Assembly: GCA_903813345.2 (NCBI GenBank)
Contig: CAIIXF020000001.1
Span: 34,534,001 to 34,598,000, forward strand
Direction of reading: 5' to 3'
DNA length: 64,000 nt
Source: Owenia fusiformis
Taxonomy: Eukaryota
Under the pieces are notes generated by a model. It made no database searches. It was not told the origin of the DNA and saw only the letters and a list, made by a program, of their open reading frames with translations. Positions 12,401-27,400 of this stretch are shown here, piece by piece; position 1 is the stretch's first letter, and each line of letters begins with the position of its first letter. A program made the translations under genes and the position numbers.

Positions 12401-15400
12401 TAGAATTTCTTGGCAATGTTATTGATTCCAAAGAAATGAAGGTATATTTACCTCAGAGAAAGAAGGTGCAAATAGAGACTGAATGTTCTAAATATCTCAA
12501 GAAATCTAAAGCTAAGATCAGGTATGTAGCTTCTCTTATTGGAACACTTGTATCATCATTCAGTTCTGTTGAGTTTGGTCCCCTTTATTACAGAGAACTT
12601 GAGATGGCAAAAACAGATGCATTGCAATTTAATAGAGGAAATTATGATTCTGAAATGTCTATTTCCAGAGCAATGAAGCAAGAGCTAAGTTGGTGGAGAG
12701 ACGAAATTTCCACTCAATTCAGATCTCTAGATCATGGGGTGCCAGAACTGGTTCTGTACTCAGACGCTTCCCTTGAAGGATATGGTGGTATTTGTGAGAC
12801 TAACCCAAGTAAGTCAATAAGCCAAAGATGGAGTGAAAATGAGCTAGGGCTTCATATAAATGTGGTTGAATTGTTAGCAGCTTTCCTTGTCTTCCTTGAC
12901 AATATAGAATGGCAATTGAATGTTTCTGTATTTTGTAGATTAACAGAAATCTGGGGTGTACCTGAGGTTGATCTTTTTGCAACTAGACTCAACCATCAAG
13001 TTGAGCAGTATGTGTCCTGGAATCCTGATCCAGAAGCTATTGCAATTAATGCATTTTGTGTGTCTTGGAATAGAGGTTTAACATACATGTTTCCTCCTTT
13101 CAGTGTCATATCCAGGTGTGTTCAGAAGGTTCTGAGGGATTCTGCAGAAGCAGTAATAGTGACGCCATTGCGGCCAACACAGACTTGGTTTCCACAACTC
13201 ATGAGGCTACTTATAGACAAGCCAGTGATATTACATTGCAAGGGACAAATGTTGAGTCTACCCAACTCTCAGGAAGTACACAAGTTACAAAACAATCTCA
13301 TCCTGATTGCATGTCGAATATCAGGAAATCTATCTAAAAGTCAAGGTATTTCTAGAAAGTCTACCGATATCATCCTTGCATCTTGGAGATCTGGCACGCA
13401 GAAACAATATGAAATGTATATTAAAAAGTGGTTTTGCTTCTGTGTATGGGTAGTACAAAGTAATAAAAAGTTATTAATATACCCTCCCTAGTGTGGAGAA
13501 AATTTTATTTCAAAAATTAATTTGCACAATCAGCTTTTAAATACTGATTAGCGCATGCGCACTGCACATCTCATATTAACCCTTCAGTTCCTATTGTTTA
13601 TTCATAGAATCTCACTCCCACTTTAACCTGCCATGCAGGTCTCGAGGAAGTGGGGAATTCTACTTCAACAAAGTGTCTAGTATTTACAGAAAATTTGACT
13701 TTTTGACGTCAAAATCAGCAATTTCTCAGAAACTGGGCGAACTTGGAAAATGCCAATGATAGGTCAAATAGGCATTATGGATATGCATAAAATGAATGTG
13801 GATATGACTCAATCCGAATAGCAGTTTTAATTTGTGCGGCCAATGTTGACAGACGGACCAACGGACGGACGGACGCCTGGTTGATCCCATAGGCTCATAT
13901 CATTTTCACCCCAGTTTTGAGATGCTACATAGGGAAACATGAGTGGAGGAGTGCAACAAAGAGTGATTTATTGCAAGTTGGAGTGTATTGTCTTATACTG
14001 CACTTACTTGTGTATAACTGCAGGGGGAGACCTGGGGGTATCTTTGGTCTGAGTTGTGGTTGGGGGTCTCACAGGTTTCTTCACCTTTAGGATTTCAGGG
14101 AGAGCTAATTGCTACAATATTAAAAAAAATTAAACTAGAAAAACAGCAACTCCACGGAGTAGCAAATCCCACCGAACAAAACATGTTTTGATAAAAAAAA
14201 TTGAGCCAAATTCATCCACTGGTATTTGAATTATCAAAGATTATGCCTTTATGAAACATGGTTGCCATTTTGAAATTCAGCTGTCATCTTTAGATTTCTT
14301 CTTTAGCAGAGAATGTCCGTCCAATGGTATCTGGGTTATCAAAGATTACTTTTTAAATGAAAAATGGCAGCCATTTTGAAATACAGCTATCGCCTTTGAA
14401 ATTTCTTCTGAAGCAGATCTCCTTTTTCCCTAGCGCACCAAATCCATCCACCAGTATTTGAGTTATCATTAATTACGTTTTTTTACGAAAAATGGCGGCC
14501 ATTTTGAAATTCAGTAGCCATCTTGAAAATTTATTTTTGAGCAGAACTTCTTTGTCTCTAGGCATCAGCATATAGAATTTGAACCAAATCTGTCAACTGG
14601 TATTTGAGTTATCAAAGGTTACGTTCTTTTATGAAAAATGGCCGCCATTTTGAAATTTAGCTGCCATCTTGAAAATCCTTTCTCGAGCAGAGCTCCTATG
14701 TCCCCTAGGCATCAGCATCTAAATGAAATCCGTCAACCGGTATTTGAGTTATTGCCCGGACACACGAACGGACGGACGAACGGACGGACGGCTTTTCTAT
14801 ATCCCCCTCGAACTTCGTTCGGTGGGATAATAACAGTTTTTATCCATACAATGCTTAATTCACATAAAACAACATAATTTGATAGCAACTGTTAGCAACG
14901 ACACTGTGTTACACATTATGTTGTAGATTAATGCTCTGATATTTTATATATGGTTCATAAAACTAAAACAACTGCCACACCTGAGCATCTCTACTCAAAA
15001 TCATGATAATCATATAAATGTAAAGAGTTATGTTACCTTTCCAGATATTGCACATAGGTGTTTATGTAACTGCTCTGCTTTGTTTCTTAGAGGAATACCA
15101 ACACACTTTAGATTTTCATTTGTGTCACATAACTACAAAAGGAAATTTGTGATGGGTTACAACAGGCAGAATTACATCATGGTATTTGTGGTCATGAACT
15201 GTAATCGAGGGTTGAAAGTGGTCACAATTGAAAAAACTGGTTACTTCAATGTATAGTATGTATAATGGACTTGTAAATGCTTTACAACCATGTTGACCAA
15301 TGCTCCCTGGAGTGTGGCTAACTCCATGACCATTTATGACTAAATACAATAGAAATCATGTAAAATCAAACAAAGTGCATTTTAACAAACCTTTTCATAT

Positions 15401-18400
15401 TTCTGCCTGAGGATTTTTTCTTTCACTGTTAAGGCTCGGTTCTGAGCCAGCAACTCTTTTGAATGTTTCTTCATGTTAGCAATTCTGTTATTGCGATCTG
15501 TATAAATACACAATGACAAGCTTTTGAAAGTCATGTTGTCACATATATAATAGGATTTTATTAGTACTGATGCCCTTTTAGGGCCAAACGTTTCTGATAT
15601 ACAATTTTCAATAACAGTAAATATAGCAATAAAGTAAAGAAAATAGGATTGCATTCTTCAAATGACATATAAAATGTTACTTTGATATAAGAATCCTGTC
15701 TCTACCAATCATTAGGTACTTTATCATGTCAGCAGATTCTTTTAATATGATCCCCTCACTCGTCAATAGAAAAATTGTCTTCTGGTGGCCATTCATCTTT
15801 TTAAAATTACTACACAGGTTTTCAAGTTTTTCAATATGGGATTTTCTACATTTGAATAAAAAGTGTGTTTCATCTTCTGTAACCGACTCCTTACATATTT
15901 TACAAAATCGACTATTAAGATCAGTAATTGGTTTTGTATATCAGCCTCTCTCTATCTCTAGATTGTGGGCGCTTATACGGAATCTAGTTAAATGTTTAGC
16001 GTTTGAAAGTGTCGTTTCTGAAAGGTAGTGTTCAAATCCACAGTGCGATTTTAGTTGTTTAAATAATCTAAGTTTCCCCCCATTCCCACTTATCAGATTC
16101 TTCCAATATACTTGATATCTCTCTATTAATTTCTTTTTGACTTTAATAGCAAGCCTATTTGTGCTCTTCTCTATGTTTACCTTATCTTCAAGATTCAATT
16201 CATCAGACATTTTTATTTTAATATGGCACAGTATATTTTTGAGTTGTTTGTGCCATGTAAATGTGTTATTTGTTAAATCAAATGTTTTACTCATAATTAA
16301 TGAATCGTTTAGTAAACTCCCATTTGAGCGCAACTCTAAATGACCGAGGTATTTGATTTGTCTTTTTATAATATCAACTACCGAAGGTATTCTTCCCAAT
16401 TCTCCTCTTACTGCCATGTTTGTGGCTTTTCTATGAACCCCAAGAACATATTTTTGGAACCGAATATGATTGTTTTCAATTAAAGCACTTTCATATTTAT
16501 GTTCAAATATCTCGATTAGTTAGGCAGTCACACTTGGTATATCATTACACCATATTTCCGAACCGTATAAAGCGACGGGTTTGATAAGTTGATCATACAA
16601 TTTCATTTTTAGTGAAGACTTCATCTCGTTAAAAATTCACATATCACATATTAAAAATTGAAAATCTCTAAGGTACCATTTGAACCCAAAAGACCTTATC
16701 ACATATTATTCTCGATAACTGGTCAACTCAACCCCAAGTCAACTCAACCCAAGTCAACTCAACCCTTAGTCAAGTCGACCCCAAGTCAAGTCGACCCTTA
16801 GTCAAGTCGACCCCAAGTCATCTCGACCCTTAGTCAACTCGACCCCAAATCATCTCAACCCTTGGTCATCTCAACCCTTAGTCAACTCGACCCCACCATA
16901 AAAAAACAAGTAGATATACTATTTTCATGGTACGATATTGATGAATTTTGAAAGAATGAGGGACTAAAATGCTAATTTTCCAAAATAAAATTATCAACGA
17001 TTGAAGTTTGTGCTTAACGCATTTATAATTTTTATAAATATGACATTTATTTACCAAAATAATATTTGAACAATCTTAATAGGGCTATTCACGATGCTAT
17101 ACATATATTTCACCCCTTCATATTTGAGCTTGTTTTATCTCTCTGAAATGAAAAAAAAAATTATCTATACACTTTTCTGTTCTACCGAAATTGTTGCAAC
17201 AGTATTTTTGACAACAGGTAACTTATGCAACATGTGCATTGTGCCAACATCCATCCATTACTTTGTATTGAATGACTTTATATTTTGATAATAATAATAA
17301 CTAGACATGTAAATTGAACAAGTTCAATTTAAGACTCCAGATTTCAGACTTTTTTTAAGCTGAGTCATCCAAATACTTGTAAGCTGAGTCATTCAGAATA
17401 AGCTGAGTCAGCTAGAATATAGACATTTAGACAACTCTTAAGAATGTTATCTTCGACTCCATTGGCTTAACATGGGGATATCATCATATCGACTTTTCGA
17501 GACTTCAAACCGCTATAACTATCTAATCAGAAGTTGGGTCGAAATTTGGTTTAAAGATTCTGATTCCTGAGAAAATTCTACCCTTAATTCATAACTCATA
17601 CGATAAATTTGGAAAACTTTTTATTTTGACCTTCTTTTCAGACACCATATCTCAAAAGTGGGTCAAAATACTTTATGACGGCAGAAGGCTAACACTATAA
17701 GCATACTCTTTGCTACCTGTATACAAAATTTCGAAGCAAATCATTAAAGTGTAATGTCAGAATCGCAAAAATAAGGAAAAACTATGAATTTGACCTAGAT
17801 TTTGACCTAGGCATTTTGGTGTCCAAATTTTAAAGCTAGATAGCCTTCGAGGTCCCCTTCTTTTATAGGCTTTCAGAATGTTAAGCTGTACTCAGTTTAT
17901 ATCTGGTATTTTACACTTCAAAAAATCTTTTTTCTCACTGACATAACATGGGGCACCAAATTTAGCGATTTTTGAGCTTTCAAAACGCCATAACTTCCAA
18001 ACCGAAAGTCGGATTGAAATTTGGTTTGCAGATTCGGATTCCCTCGAAAATTCTACTCTTAATTCATAGCTCATATGTTAAATTTGGAGAACTTTTTATT
18101 TTGACCTACTTTTTGGACACCATATCTCAAAAGTGGGTCAAAATACTTTCTGACGGCAAAAGGCTAACACTATAAGCACACTCTTTGCTACCTGTATACA
18201 AAATTTTGAAGTAAATTATTAAAGTGTAGTGTCAGAATCGTAAAAATAAGGAAAAACTATGAATTTGACCTAGATTTTGACCTAGGCATTTTGGTGTCCA
18301 AATTTTGAAGCTATGTAGCTTTTGAGGTCCCCTTCTTTCATAAGCATTCATTATGTTAAGCTGTACTCAGTCTATATCTTGTATTTTACACTTCGAAAAA

Positions 18401-21400
18401 GTCTTTTTTTCCCATTGACTTAACATAGGCACCAAATTTAGCAATTTTTGAGCTTTCAAAACGCCATAACTTCCGAACCGGAAGTCTGATCCAAATTTGG
18501 TTTGCAGATTCGGATTCCTGAGATCATTCTACACTTATTTCATAACTCACATGTTGAATTTGGAGAACTTTTTGTTCTGACCTACTTTCTGGACTCCATA
18601 TCTCAAAATCGGTAAGAGTAATCAAAATTCTGATGTCATATCTTTGATTCGCTTTTTTCTAAGCTACACGATGAAAAAAAGATGAAGGAGTTACGAAGAA
18701 TATTGACGAAGATATGATGAAGAATGTTGAAAATGTAAGATTTGACCTAGTTCTTGACCTTTGACCTAGATAAAAATTTGACCTAATTTCCCAGAAAGCC
18801 GGATACAGTCTTTAGTTAACCATGTAAGTTGGATTAAGTAAGATGTTATAGTTGGAGAGAAAATCTGTTAGGAGGAAGAAGAAAGAAAAAAGAAAAATAA
18901 CTAGATTTGTAAATTGAACAAAGTTCAATTTAAGACTCCAGATTGATTTACTTGAGTAAAGAGCTAGGAGTAGGAAGCTGAGTAAGTAGATGATTAAGTA
19001 ATTGAGTAAGTAGCTGAGTAGGTAGCTGAGTAAGCAGCTGAGCAGGTAGCTGAGTAAGTAGCTGAGTAGGTAGCTGAGTAAGTAGCTGAGTAGGTAGCTG
19101 AGTAGGTAGCTGAGTAGGTAGCTAAGTAGGTAGCCGAGTAGGTAAGTAGGTAGGCAAGTAGGTAGGTAAGTAGGAATTTTTGACCGGAAGTCGGATTGAA
19201 ATTTGGTTTGCAGATTTGGATTCCTGAGAAAATTCTACCCTTAATTCATAACTCATTTTATTTTGACCTACTTTTCGGACACCATATCTCAAAAGTGGGT
19301 CAAAATACTCTCTGACGGCAAAAGGCTAACACTATTAGCACACTCTTTGCTACCTGTATACAAAATTTTGAAGCAAATCCTAAAAGTGTAGTGCCAGAAT
19401 CGCAAAAATAAGGAAAAACTATGAATTTGACCTAGATTTTGACCTAGGCATTTTGGTGTCCAAATATTGAAACTAGGTAGCTTTTGAGGTCCCCTTCTTT
19501 TATAGGAATTCATTATCTTAAGCTGTACTCAATCTATATCTCGTATTTTACACTTCAAAAAAATCTTTTTTCCTTGACTTTCTATCAGGATAACATCAGA
19601 TCGATTTTTCTCAAAATTTCAAATCGCCATAACTTTCAAACCGGAAGTCGGATCGAAATTTGATTTAATGATTCGGATTCCTGACAAAATTCTACCCCTT
19701 ATTCATAACTCATACGTTAAATTTGGCGAATTTTTATTTTGACCTACTTTTCGGACACGCCATAACTTCGGAACCGGAAGTCAGATCAAAATTTGGTTTG
19801 CAGATTCGGATTCCTGAGAAAATTTTACTCTTAATTCATAACTCATATGTAAAATTTGGAGAATTTCTTATTTTGACCTACTTTTCGGACTCCATATCTC
19901 AAAAGTGGGTCAAAATACTCTCTGACGGCAAAAGGCTAACACTATTAGCCCACTCTTTGCTACCTGTATACAAAATTTTGAAGCAAATCCTAAAAGTGTA
20001 GTGCCAGAATCTCAAAAATAAGGAAAAACTATGTATTTGACCTAGATTTTGACCTAGGCATTTTGGTGTCCAAATTTTAAAGCTAGATAGCCTTCGAGGT
20101 CCCCTTCTTTCATAGGCTTTCAGAATGTTAAGCTGTACTCAGTTTATATCTGTTTTTTTACACTTCAAAAAATCTTTTTTCTCATTGACATAACATGGGG
20201 CACCAAATTTAGCGATTTTTGAGCTTTCAAAACGCCATAACTTCCGAACGGAAAGTCGGATTGAAATTTGGTTTGCAGATTCGGATTTCTGGGAAAATTC
20301 TACCTTTAATTCATAGCTCATATGTTAAATTTGGAGAACTTTTTATTTTGACCTACTTTTTGGACACCATATCTCAAAAGTGGGTCAAAATACTTTCTGA
20401 CGGCAAAAGGCTAACACTATTAGCATACTCATTGCTACCTGTATACAAAATTTGGAAGTAAATTATTAAAGTGTAGTGTCAGAATCGTAAAAATAAGGAA
20501 AAATTATGAATTTGACCTAGATTTTGACCTAGGCAGTTTGGTGTCCACATTTTAAAGCTATGTAGCTTTTGAGGTCCCCTTCTTTTATAAGCATTCATTA
20601 TGTTAAGCTGTACTCAGTCTATATCTTGTATTTTACACTTCGAAAAAGTCTTTTTTCCCATTGACTTAACATAGGCACCAAATTTAGCGATTTTTGAGGT
20701 TTCAAAACGCCATAACTTCCGAACCGGCAGTCGGATTGAAATTTGGTCTGCAGATTCGGATTCCTGAGAAAATTCTACACTTATTTCATAGCTCATATGT
20801 TAAATTTGGAGAACTTTTTAGTTTGACCTACTTTCCGGACGCCATATCTTAAAATCGGTAAGAGTAATCAAAAAACGGATGGCACACTCTCGATTTGTTT
20901 TTTTCTAAGCTACACAATAAGATGTACATCCAGGTGTTTCGATAAATAATGACGAAGATAATTGACAGAATGTTAAAAATGTAAGATTTGACCTAGTTCT
21001 TAACCTTTGACCTAGAAAAAAAGTTGACCTAATTTCCCAGAAACTAGGTCGATGGGCTATGTTAGCCATGTAAGTAGGTTAAAGTAAGCTCTTCTAGTTG
21101 CTGAGAAAACGTGTAAAGAAAGAAAGAAAGAATAACTAGATTGGTAAATTGAACAAAGTTCAATTTAAGACTCCAGATTGATTTACTTGAGTAAAGAGCT
21201 GAGTACGTAGATGATTAAGTAATTGAGTAAGTAGCTGAGTAGGTAGCTGAGTAAGTAGCTGAGTAGGTAGCTGAGTAAGTAGCTGAGTAGGTAGCTGAGA
21301 AGTAGGTAGCTAAGTAGGTAACCAAGTAGGTATGTAGGTAGGTAGGTAAGTAGGAATTGTTGAAAGAATATTTGATGGATCTGCATTGTGGATACTGGCA

Positions 21401-24400
21401 AATGTGAATTTTAAATAAATGTGAATTTTAAAATGGCATAGAATCTAAACTGGGAGTCGGATTGAAAGTTGATTTGCAGATTTGGATTCCTTAGAAAATT
21501 CTACCCTTAATTCATAACTCATAAGTTAAATTTGGAGAACTTTTTATTTTGACCTACTTTTCGGACACCATATCTCAAAAGTGGGTCAAAATACTTTCTG
21601 ACGGCAAAAGGCTAACACTATTAGCACACGCTTTGTTACCTGTATACAAAATTTTGAAGCAAATTATTAAAGTGTAATGTCAGAATCGCAAAATTAAGGA
21701 AAAGCTATGAATTTGACCTAGATTTTGACCTTGGCATTTTGGTGTCCACATTTTGAAGCTAGGTAGCCGTTTGAGGTCCCCTTCTTTTATAGACTTTCAT
21801 TATGTTGAGCTGTACTCAGTCTATACCTGGTATTTTACACTTCAAAAAGATATTTTTCCCTATTGATATAACATGGGGCACCAAATTTAGCAATTTTTGA
21901 GCTTTCAAAATGCCATAACTTCCGACTTGAAAGTGGAATCAAAATTTGGTTTGCAAATTCGGATTCCTGAGAAAATTCTACCCTTATTTCATAGCTCATA
22001 TGTTAAATTTGGAGAATCTTTTATTTTGACCTACTTTTCGGACACCATATCTCAAAAGTGGGTCAAAATACTTCCTGACGGCAAAAGGCTAACATTATTA
22101 GCACACTCTTTGCTACCTGTATACAAAATTTAGAACCAAATCATTTAAGTGTAGTGTCAGAATCGTAAAAATTAGGAAAAACTATCAATTTGACCTAGAT
22201 TTTGACCTTGGGATTTTGGTGTCCAAATTTTGAAGCTAGGTAGCTTTTGGGTACCCTTCTTTTATAGGAATTCATTATGTTAAGCTGCACTCTGTCTATA
22301 TCTCATATTTTACAATTAAAAAAAGTCTTTTTTCCCATTGACTTAACATGGGGCACCAAATTTAGCAATTTTTGAGCTTTCAAATCGTCATAACTTCCAA
22401 ACGGGAAGTCGGATCGAAATTTGGTTTGCAGATTCGGATTCCTGAGAAAATTCTACCCTTATTTCATAGCTCATATGCTAAATTTGGAGAACTTTTTTAG
22501 TTTGACCTACTTTCCGGACGCCATATCTCAAAATCGCTAAGAGTAATTAAAAAACGGATGGCACACACTCGATTTGTTTTTTTCTAAGCTACATGTTGAA
22601 AAAAAGATGAAGGAGTTACCACAAGTAACAACGAAGATAATTGACAGAATGTTGATTTGACCTAAATTTGACCTAGTTCTTGACCTTTGACCTAGATAAA
22701 AATTTGACCTAATTTCCCAGAAACTAGGTTGATGGGCTATGTTAGCCATGTAAGTAGGTTAAAGTAAGTTCTTCTAGTTGCTGAGAAAAAGTGTTCGGAA
22801 AGAAAGAAAGAAAGAAAGAATGAATAATAATAATAAGAAAACTGGCAAAAGCAATAGACTCCAGATTTTCATCTGGAGTCTAATAATAAGAAAACTGGCA
22901 AAAGCAATAGACTCCAGATTTTCAATCTGGAGTCTAATAATAAGAAAACAGGCACTGGAGTCTAATAAACAATAAACAATATGATATAGTTCAAATCTTC
23001 CTTCTGATCTATAGGCGATAGGTATGTTTATTTTTTTGAAGCTAGATTTTAAAACAAGACTGAACAAACAATGGGATTTATGATTTTACAATTTCCATTA
23101 TCGTACACATGTCAGGTGTCAAATAACAAGATTAGGATTTTATAACAATAAACAATATGATCCAGTTCAAATCTTCCTTTTGATCTACAGGCGATAGAAA
23201 TGTTTATTTTTTTTGAAGTAAGATTTTAAAACAAGACTGAACAAACAATGGGATTTATGTTTTTCTATTTTCCATTATCTTACTCATATGTCAGGTGTCA
23301 TAAACAATCAGATTGGGATTTTATGATCAAGTTCAAATCTTCGTTTTGATCTATAGGTGACAGAAATGTTTTTTTCTTTGAAGTTTGATTTCAAATCAAA
23401 CTGCACAAACAATGGGATTATATTGTATTTTAATCTACTTAAAACAAGTAAAATCATTTGGGTCGACTTGACTAAGGGATGAGTTGACCAAGGGTTGAGA
23501 TGACTTGGGGTCGAGTTGACTAAGGGTCGAGATGACTTGGGGTCGACTTGACTAAGGGTTGACTTGACTTGGGGTCGACTTGACTAAGGGTTGAGTTGAC
23601 TTGGGTTGAGTTGACTTGGGGTTGAGTTGACCAGGAAGCTTATTCTCAAGGGTTTGTGACTTTAATTGATTTTTCATCTGACACTTTTCAGTTATATCCC
23701 ATTCATCATCCAACTCGGTATGCACTGACATTGCCATATGTAGCACAGTCAGTGCTTAGAATACTTTTCCTTAAAAGTGAAAGCATTAAAATTATGAGAT
23801 CCAGGGCACAAACCAGGAAATACTTAAGTTTGTGTATGAAGCATTTTCAGTGTAACAGCTCAGGTATAAGTAATAATAATATCTAATTTTTGTTTCATTC
23901 ATTTAACATGTAATTATAGTTAATATTGTGGCAACAATCATGCTAAACGACAGATTTAAGACTGAGCTGAATAAGCTGCGGAGCTGTCTGTAAAACTCTA
24001 ACGTGATATCTACGTTAAAAGTTGTAAAACAGATACAGCGAAATAAAGCCCAAAAAATCTAAATCATTACCTAGAAAGTAAGCAACAAACTCCACAGACA
24101 TTGCTGGTTGAATCTGTCCTCCTTTCTTCCTCAGATCTGACTTGTTAGTCATGTGATCCACTGCCTGTGTAGAGATTCCCATGAGTTCTGCCTTATGGAG
24201 TAACCGACGCACTGCAGCTGGGCACGTTGTTAGAAGTCTAGGTTGTTTCTCATCAGGAACTGTGAATTACAAATTGGAGATAGGGAAAAGGCCCTAACCT
24301 CATACTGCTGTCACACTTGGGCCGTATGGTTTCACCAATCACCACTGTGTGAATATTTTGGGGGCAGATGGCATGGCATGGATTAATAATTAAATACACA

Positions 24401-27400
24401 GTCAGCAAAACAAATAGTTTTACAGAAAGATATCCCCTATCACACCAAATACAAAAATTAATGTCCAAAATTATTGTGAACGGTGAGCCCACAAGGTTAA
24501 TGTGACAGCTACATTACACATAAAAGTTTACGTTATCTTTAATGATTTAAAATATATTCAATTTATAGGACATTTGTACTTTTCTAATTGTTTATCAATT
24601 GTGATTTTGAGTCAATGGGTATTCAACAAAATCACAAATGAAAGTTAAGAAATCAAAACCATTTAAAACCTTAATAATATACAAAAATATTTCATTCTAT
24701 CGAAGGTGAATACAAGCAATATTCCACAAAGCTCGTAAATAGAATGAGATATTTGTTTTATTATACATTGTTAATATTCCTCACTTTCTCATTTGGTCAC
24801 CATTAAATTTGAATTGGCTTACCTGTGTCGAAGGAAGTCATGCTTCCAAAAAAACTGTTCAATTTTGATTTAATATCAATTTTGTCACAGTGTTTTCAAA
24901 TCAACCACTTCGTCCTTGCTAGTTATCCAATATTGAAAGATTTTCACTGATCTTATTGTTGCCTTTACTGTGCTATCTAAATGGTATTACCATGAATTCT
25001 ATCAATTTCTTCTGGAGAAATATTTGGAAATCTCTGTTTACCTTCTGTCATCTTGGTATTATGGGATATATAATATCAAAATTACTCTTAACAAACTCAC
25101 AGCCAGAGAATATGCTTTTTAGATTACGCTGGACAAACTCACAGCCGTGGAATATGGGTTCTCATTTCCTGGTCACACGTAGGACATAAACCAATCAGAG
25201 AGTGAGGAATATCACAGTGATCTCCTTTTTCAGGATAAATGCACTTTTTTGATCAAAATAATATGGCAAAGTATTTTGGATGGTAGGATTACAGAATATT
25301 ATATTACATGTACTTTTGCAAAGTACAGGTATGCTTTGTCTTTTGATATAGGCATGAGAAGAAAATGATGAATTGAAAATGTCATGAAAAACCAAAGAAC
25401 CAAGCATTCTACAGTAACCATGCAGATTTTAGTCAAAGCACACAATCAATGAATCATGATGAAGTTTTTATACCAAGGACAGGTATTAAATAATTTTGAA
25501 AAGCTACATATCCAAAGCAGTATTTAAATATGAGCATGAAATGGACATTTAAATAAAAAAAATTTGCACATCTTTGTAAGCAATATGAAGCAAATCATTT
25601 AACGTTTTGTTATGGTGTGATTGTGAAACAAAGAGTACATGATGCTAAATCTGCATGCTTAGAATCTTGTTTACTTGGTTTTCCGTTGCGGGCCTTACCC
25701 CAAGACGGCGGCCGTTTGGCCCGAGATATCAAATATTTTTGTCGATGGCGATGAAGCTTTCGGTGGACACGTAACTGAAAAACAGAATAAAAATTTTAAG
25801 AAAATCAAAAATTCATTTTTCAAAAGATGCACATACATACATGCGACAATTTTGGAAAAATGAATCTCTATAATACCGGTAATGTCACAAAATGATTCAA
25901 ATCAAACTTTCCAAATTATTGATCAGCTATTCTTACTATCACAATCCTTTTGAGTCATTTAGCAAAAATATGTTGACTATCGTACAAGGCCCATTATCTC
26001 GATTTAAAAGCCATATTCTACGGTTTAAAGAAACTACCAAAACTTTGATATTTTTCCACTCATTACAGAAATACCATTTTTATTTTGCAAAAATTATTCA
26101 GTTTTAGTTTCCAGTGGAAGTAAGAAAAGTGTTTTGAATATTCATACACTTGTATTACTATAATCATCCTAAAGAATGGTTTCAGTAGCTACTAGCTATG
26201 TTTAATGTGACCCAAGAAAAAGATGACCCAAGAAAGGATGGACATAAGGTTGGTGATTTCATAGGCTCAACATGAACCCTGTATATGTATTTGGCAATAG
26301 TAAACACTGCTTACATTTTCTTTTTCATCTTCGATCTCTGTCTCCGTATGCTGTTTCATACGTGATTGAATGGCAAGAAAATTGCGTCTTTTCCTGCGTG
26401 TAGTTAGTTTATCAGCATGCTGTTTACAATGGGCAAAGAATGGGTCAGCAATCTCTTCATCTGGGGAAGCCTCTGAGAGGAGGCCTTCCCTCTGAGCACT
26501 AGAAACAATGAAGGCAAGGCAATCAAAAAACAGATGACTTAAATAACAGGCAATTAAAAAACAGATGAGCAAGAACACCTCAAAACACTGCTAGATTCCA
26601 TTTGATGAAGCCCTAAGAAATCACTACACTAGTACACTTGTATAATCAAGAGCATGTCATGATATATGGCATACTTATTGTAATGATTTTATATTATCAT
26701 CCATAAACTTATGAATCAAATAATTTTCATTCAATAAATCAATTTTAAAACCATTTTCATAAATCAATTTTATTATTTCAAGAAAAAGAGTGCTATATAC
26801 CATGTGACATGAAAGTAGCTCCTACACATGCCTGCGTCACAGCTGATACACACCCCAGTGCGACTAAATCGCGAATCTTCACAAAGACTGCATTCCTGAA
26901 ATACAAGAATGCACACATAATTCTTCAGAGATTATAATTTACCCATTAATGAAACAATAGATAATATAAAATGGTACAAGGCATAATTGTGAATATTTCG
27001 ATTGAGACACCAAAAACACAACTTTTTAATATCTGTATTGTTTAAACATTGTTTACATTTGGTAATGCAGCTACTGTCAGGGCATTAATGCTAAAATCAG
27101 GCTTTGCTCTGTCTACCCTGAGGCTCAGAGATAGTAGTAATTATGACCCCTCCCCTCTGACTAGGATGGACAATTTTACAATTTTGATGCTGATAAGATC
27201 GTATTGATCCTAAAAGGAACTGTTATGGACTTTCATGAAATAATTGCTAGTTACCTATGAAGGCAGAAAATGCAGTGACAGCATTACTAATTGGGTAATT
27301 GGCATTCCTAATATTTTGATCAATCTGATCTAATTGGGTATGGCTAGATCAAAGCATTATTTCTTATAGAAAGATTGTAGATAAAAATTAAATCATAAAA

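Larger units (their letters stand above)
10040..13590 (+). mobile_element. DIRS1-like tyrosine-recombinase retrotransposon, internally deleted
   Basis: Inverted repeats ATATGAGATGTGCAGTGC-CATGCGCTAATCAGT (~10061-10094 and ~13544-13576); gag-like ORF then RT/RH/MT ORF; outer boundaries approximate. Confidence 0.88.
16714..23639. mobile_element. Foldback/MULE-like element with TIRs built of ~15-bp tandem subrepeats; 8-bp TSD
   Basis: AGTCAACTC(A/G)ACCC arrays at 16720-16895, inverted at 23460-23633; TSD TTATTCTC at 16706-16713 and 23640-23647. Confidence 0.85.

Noticed and set aside
17892..22133. Recurrent 60-90 aa ORFs (MSYEL.., MSFQNAITS..)
   Set aside because: Chance ORFs in satellite monomers; lengths and stops vary between copies
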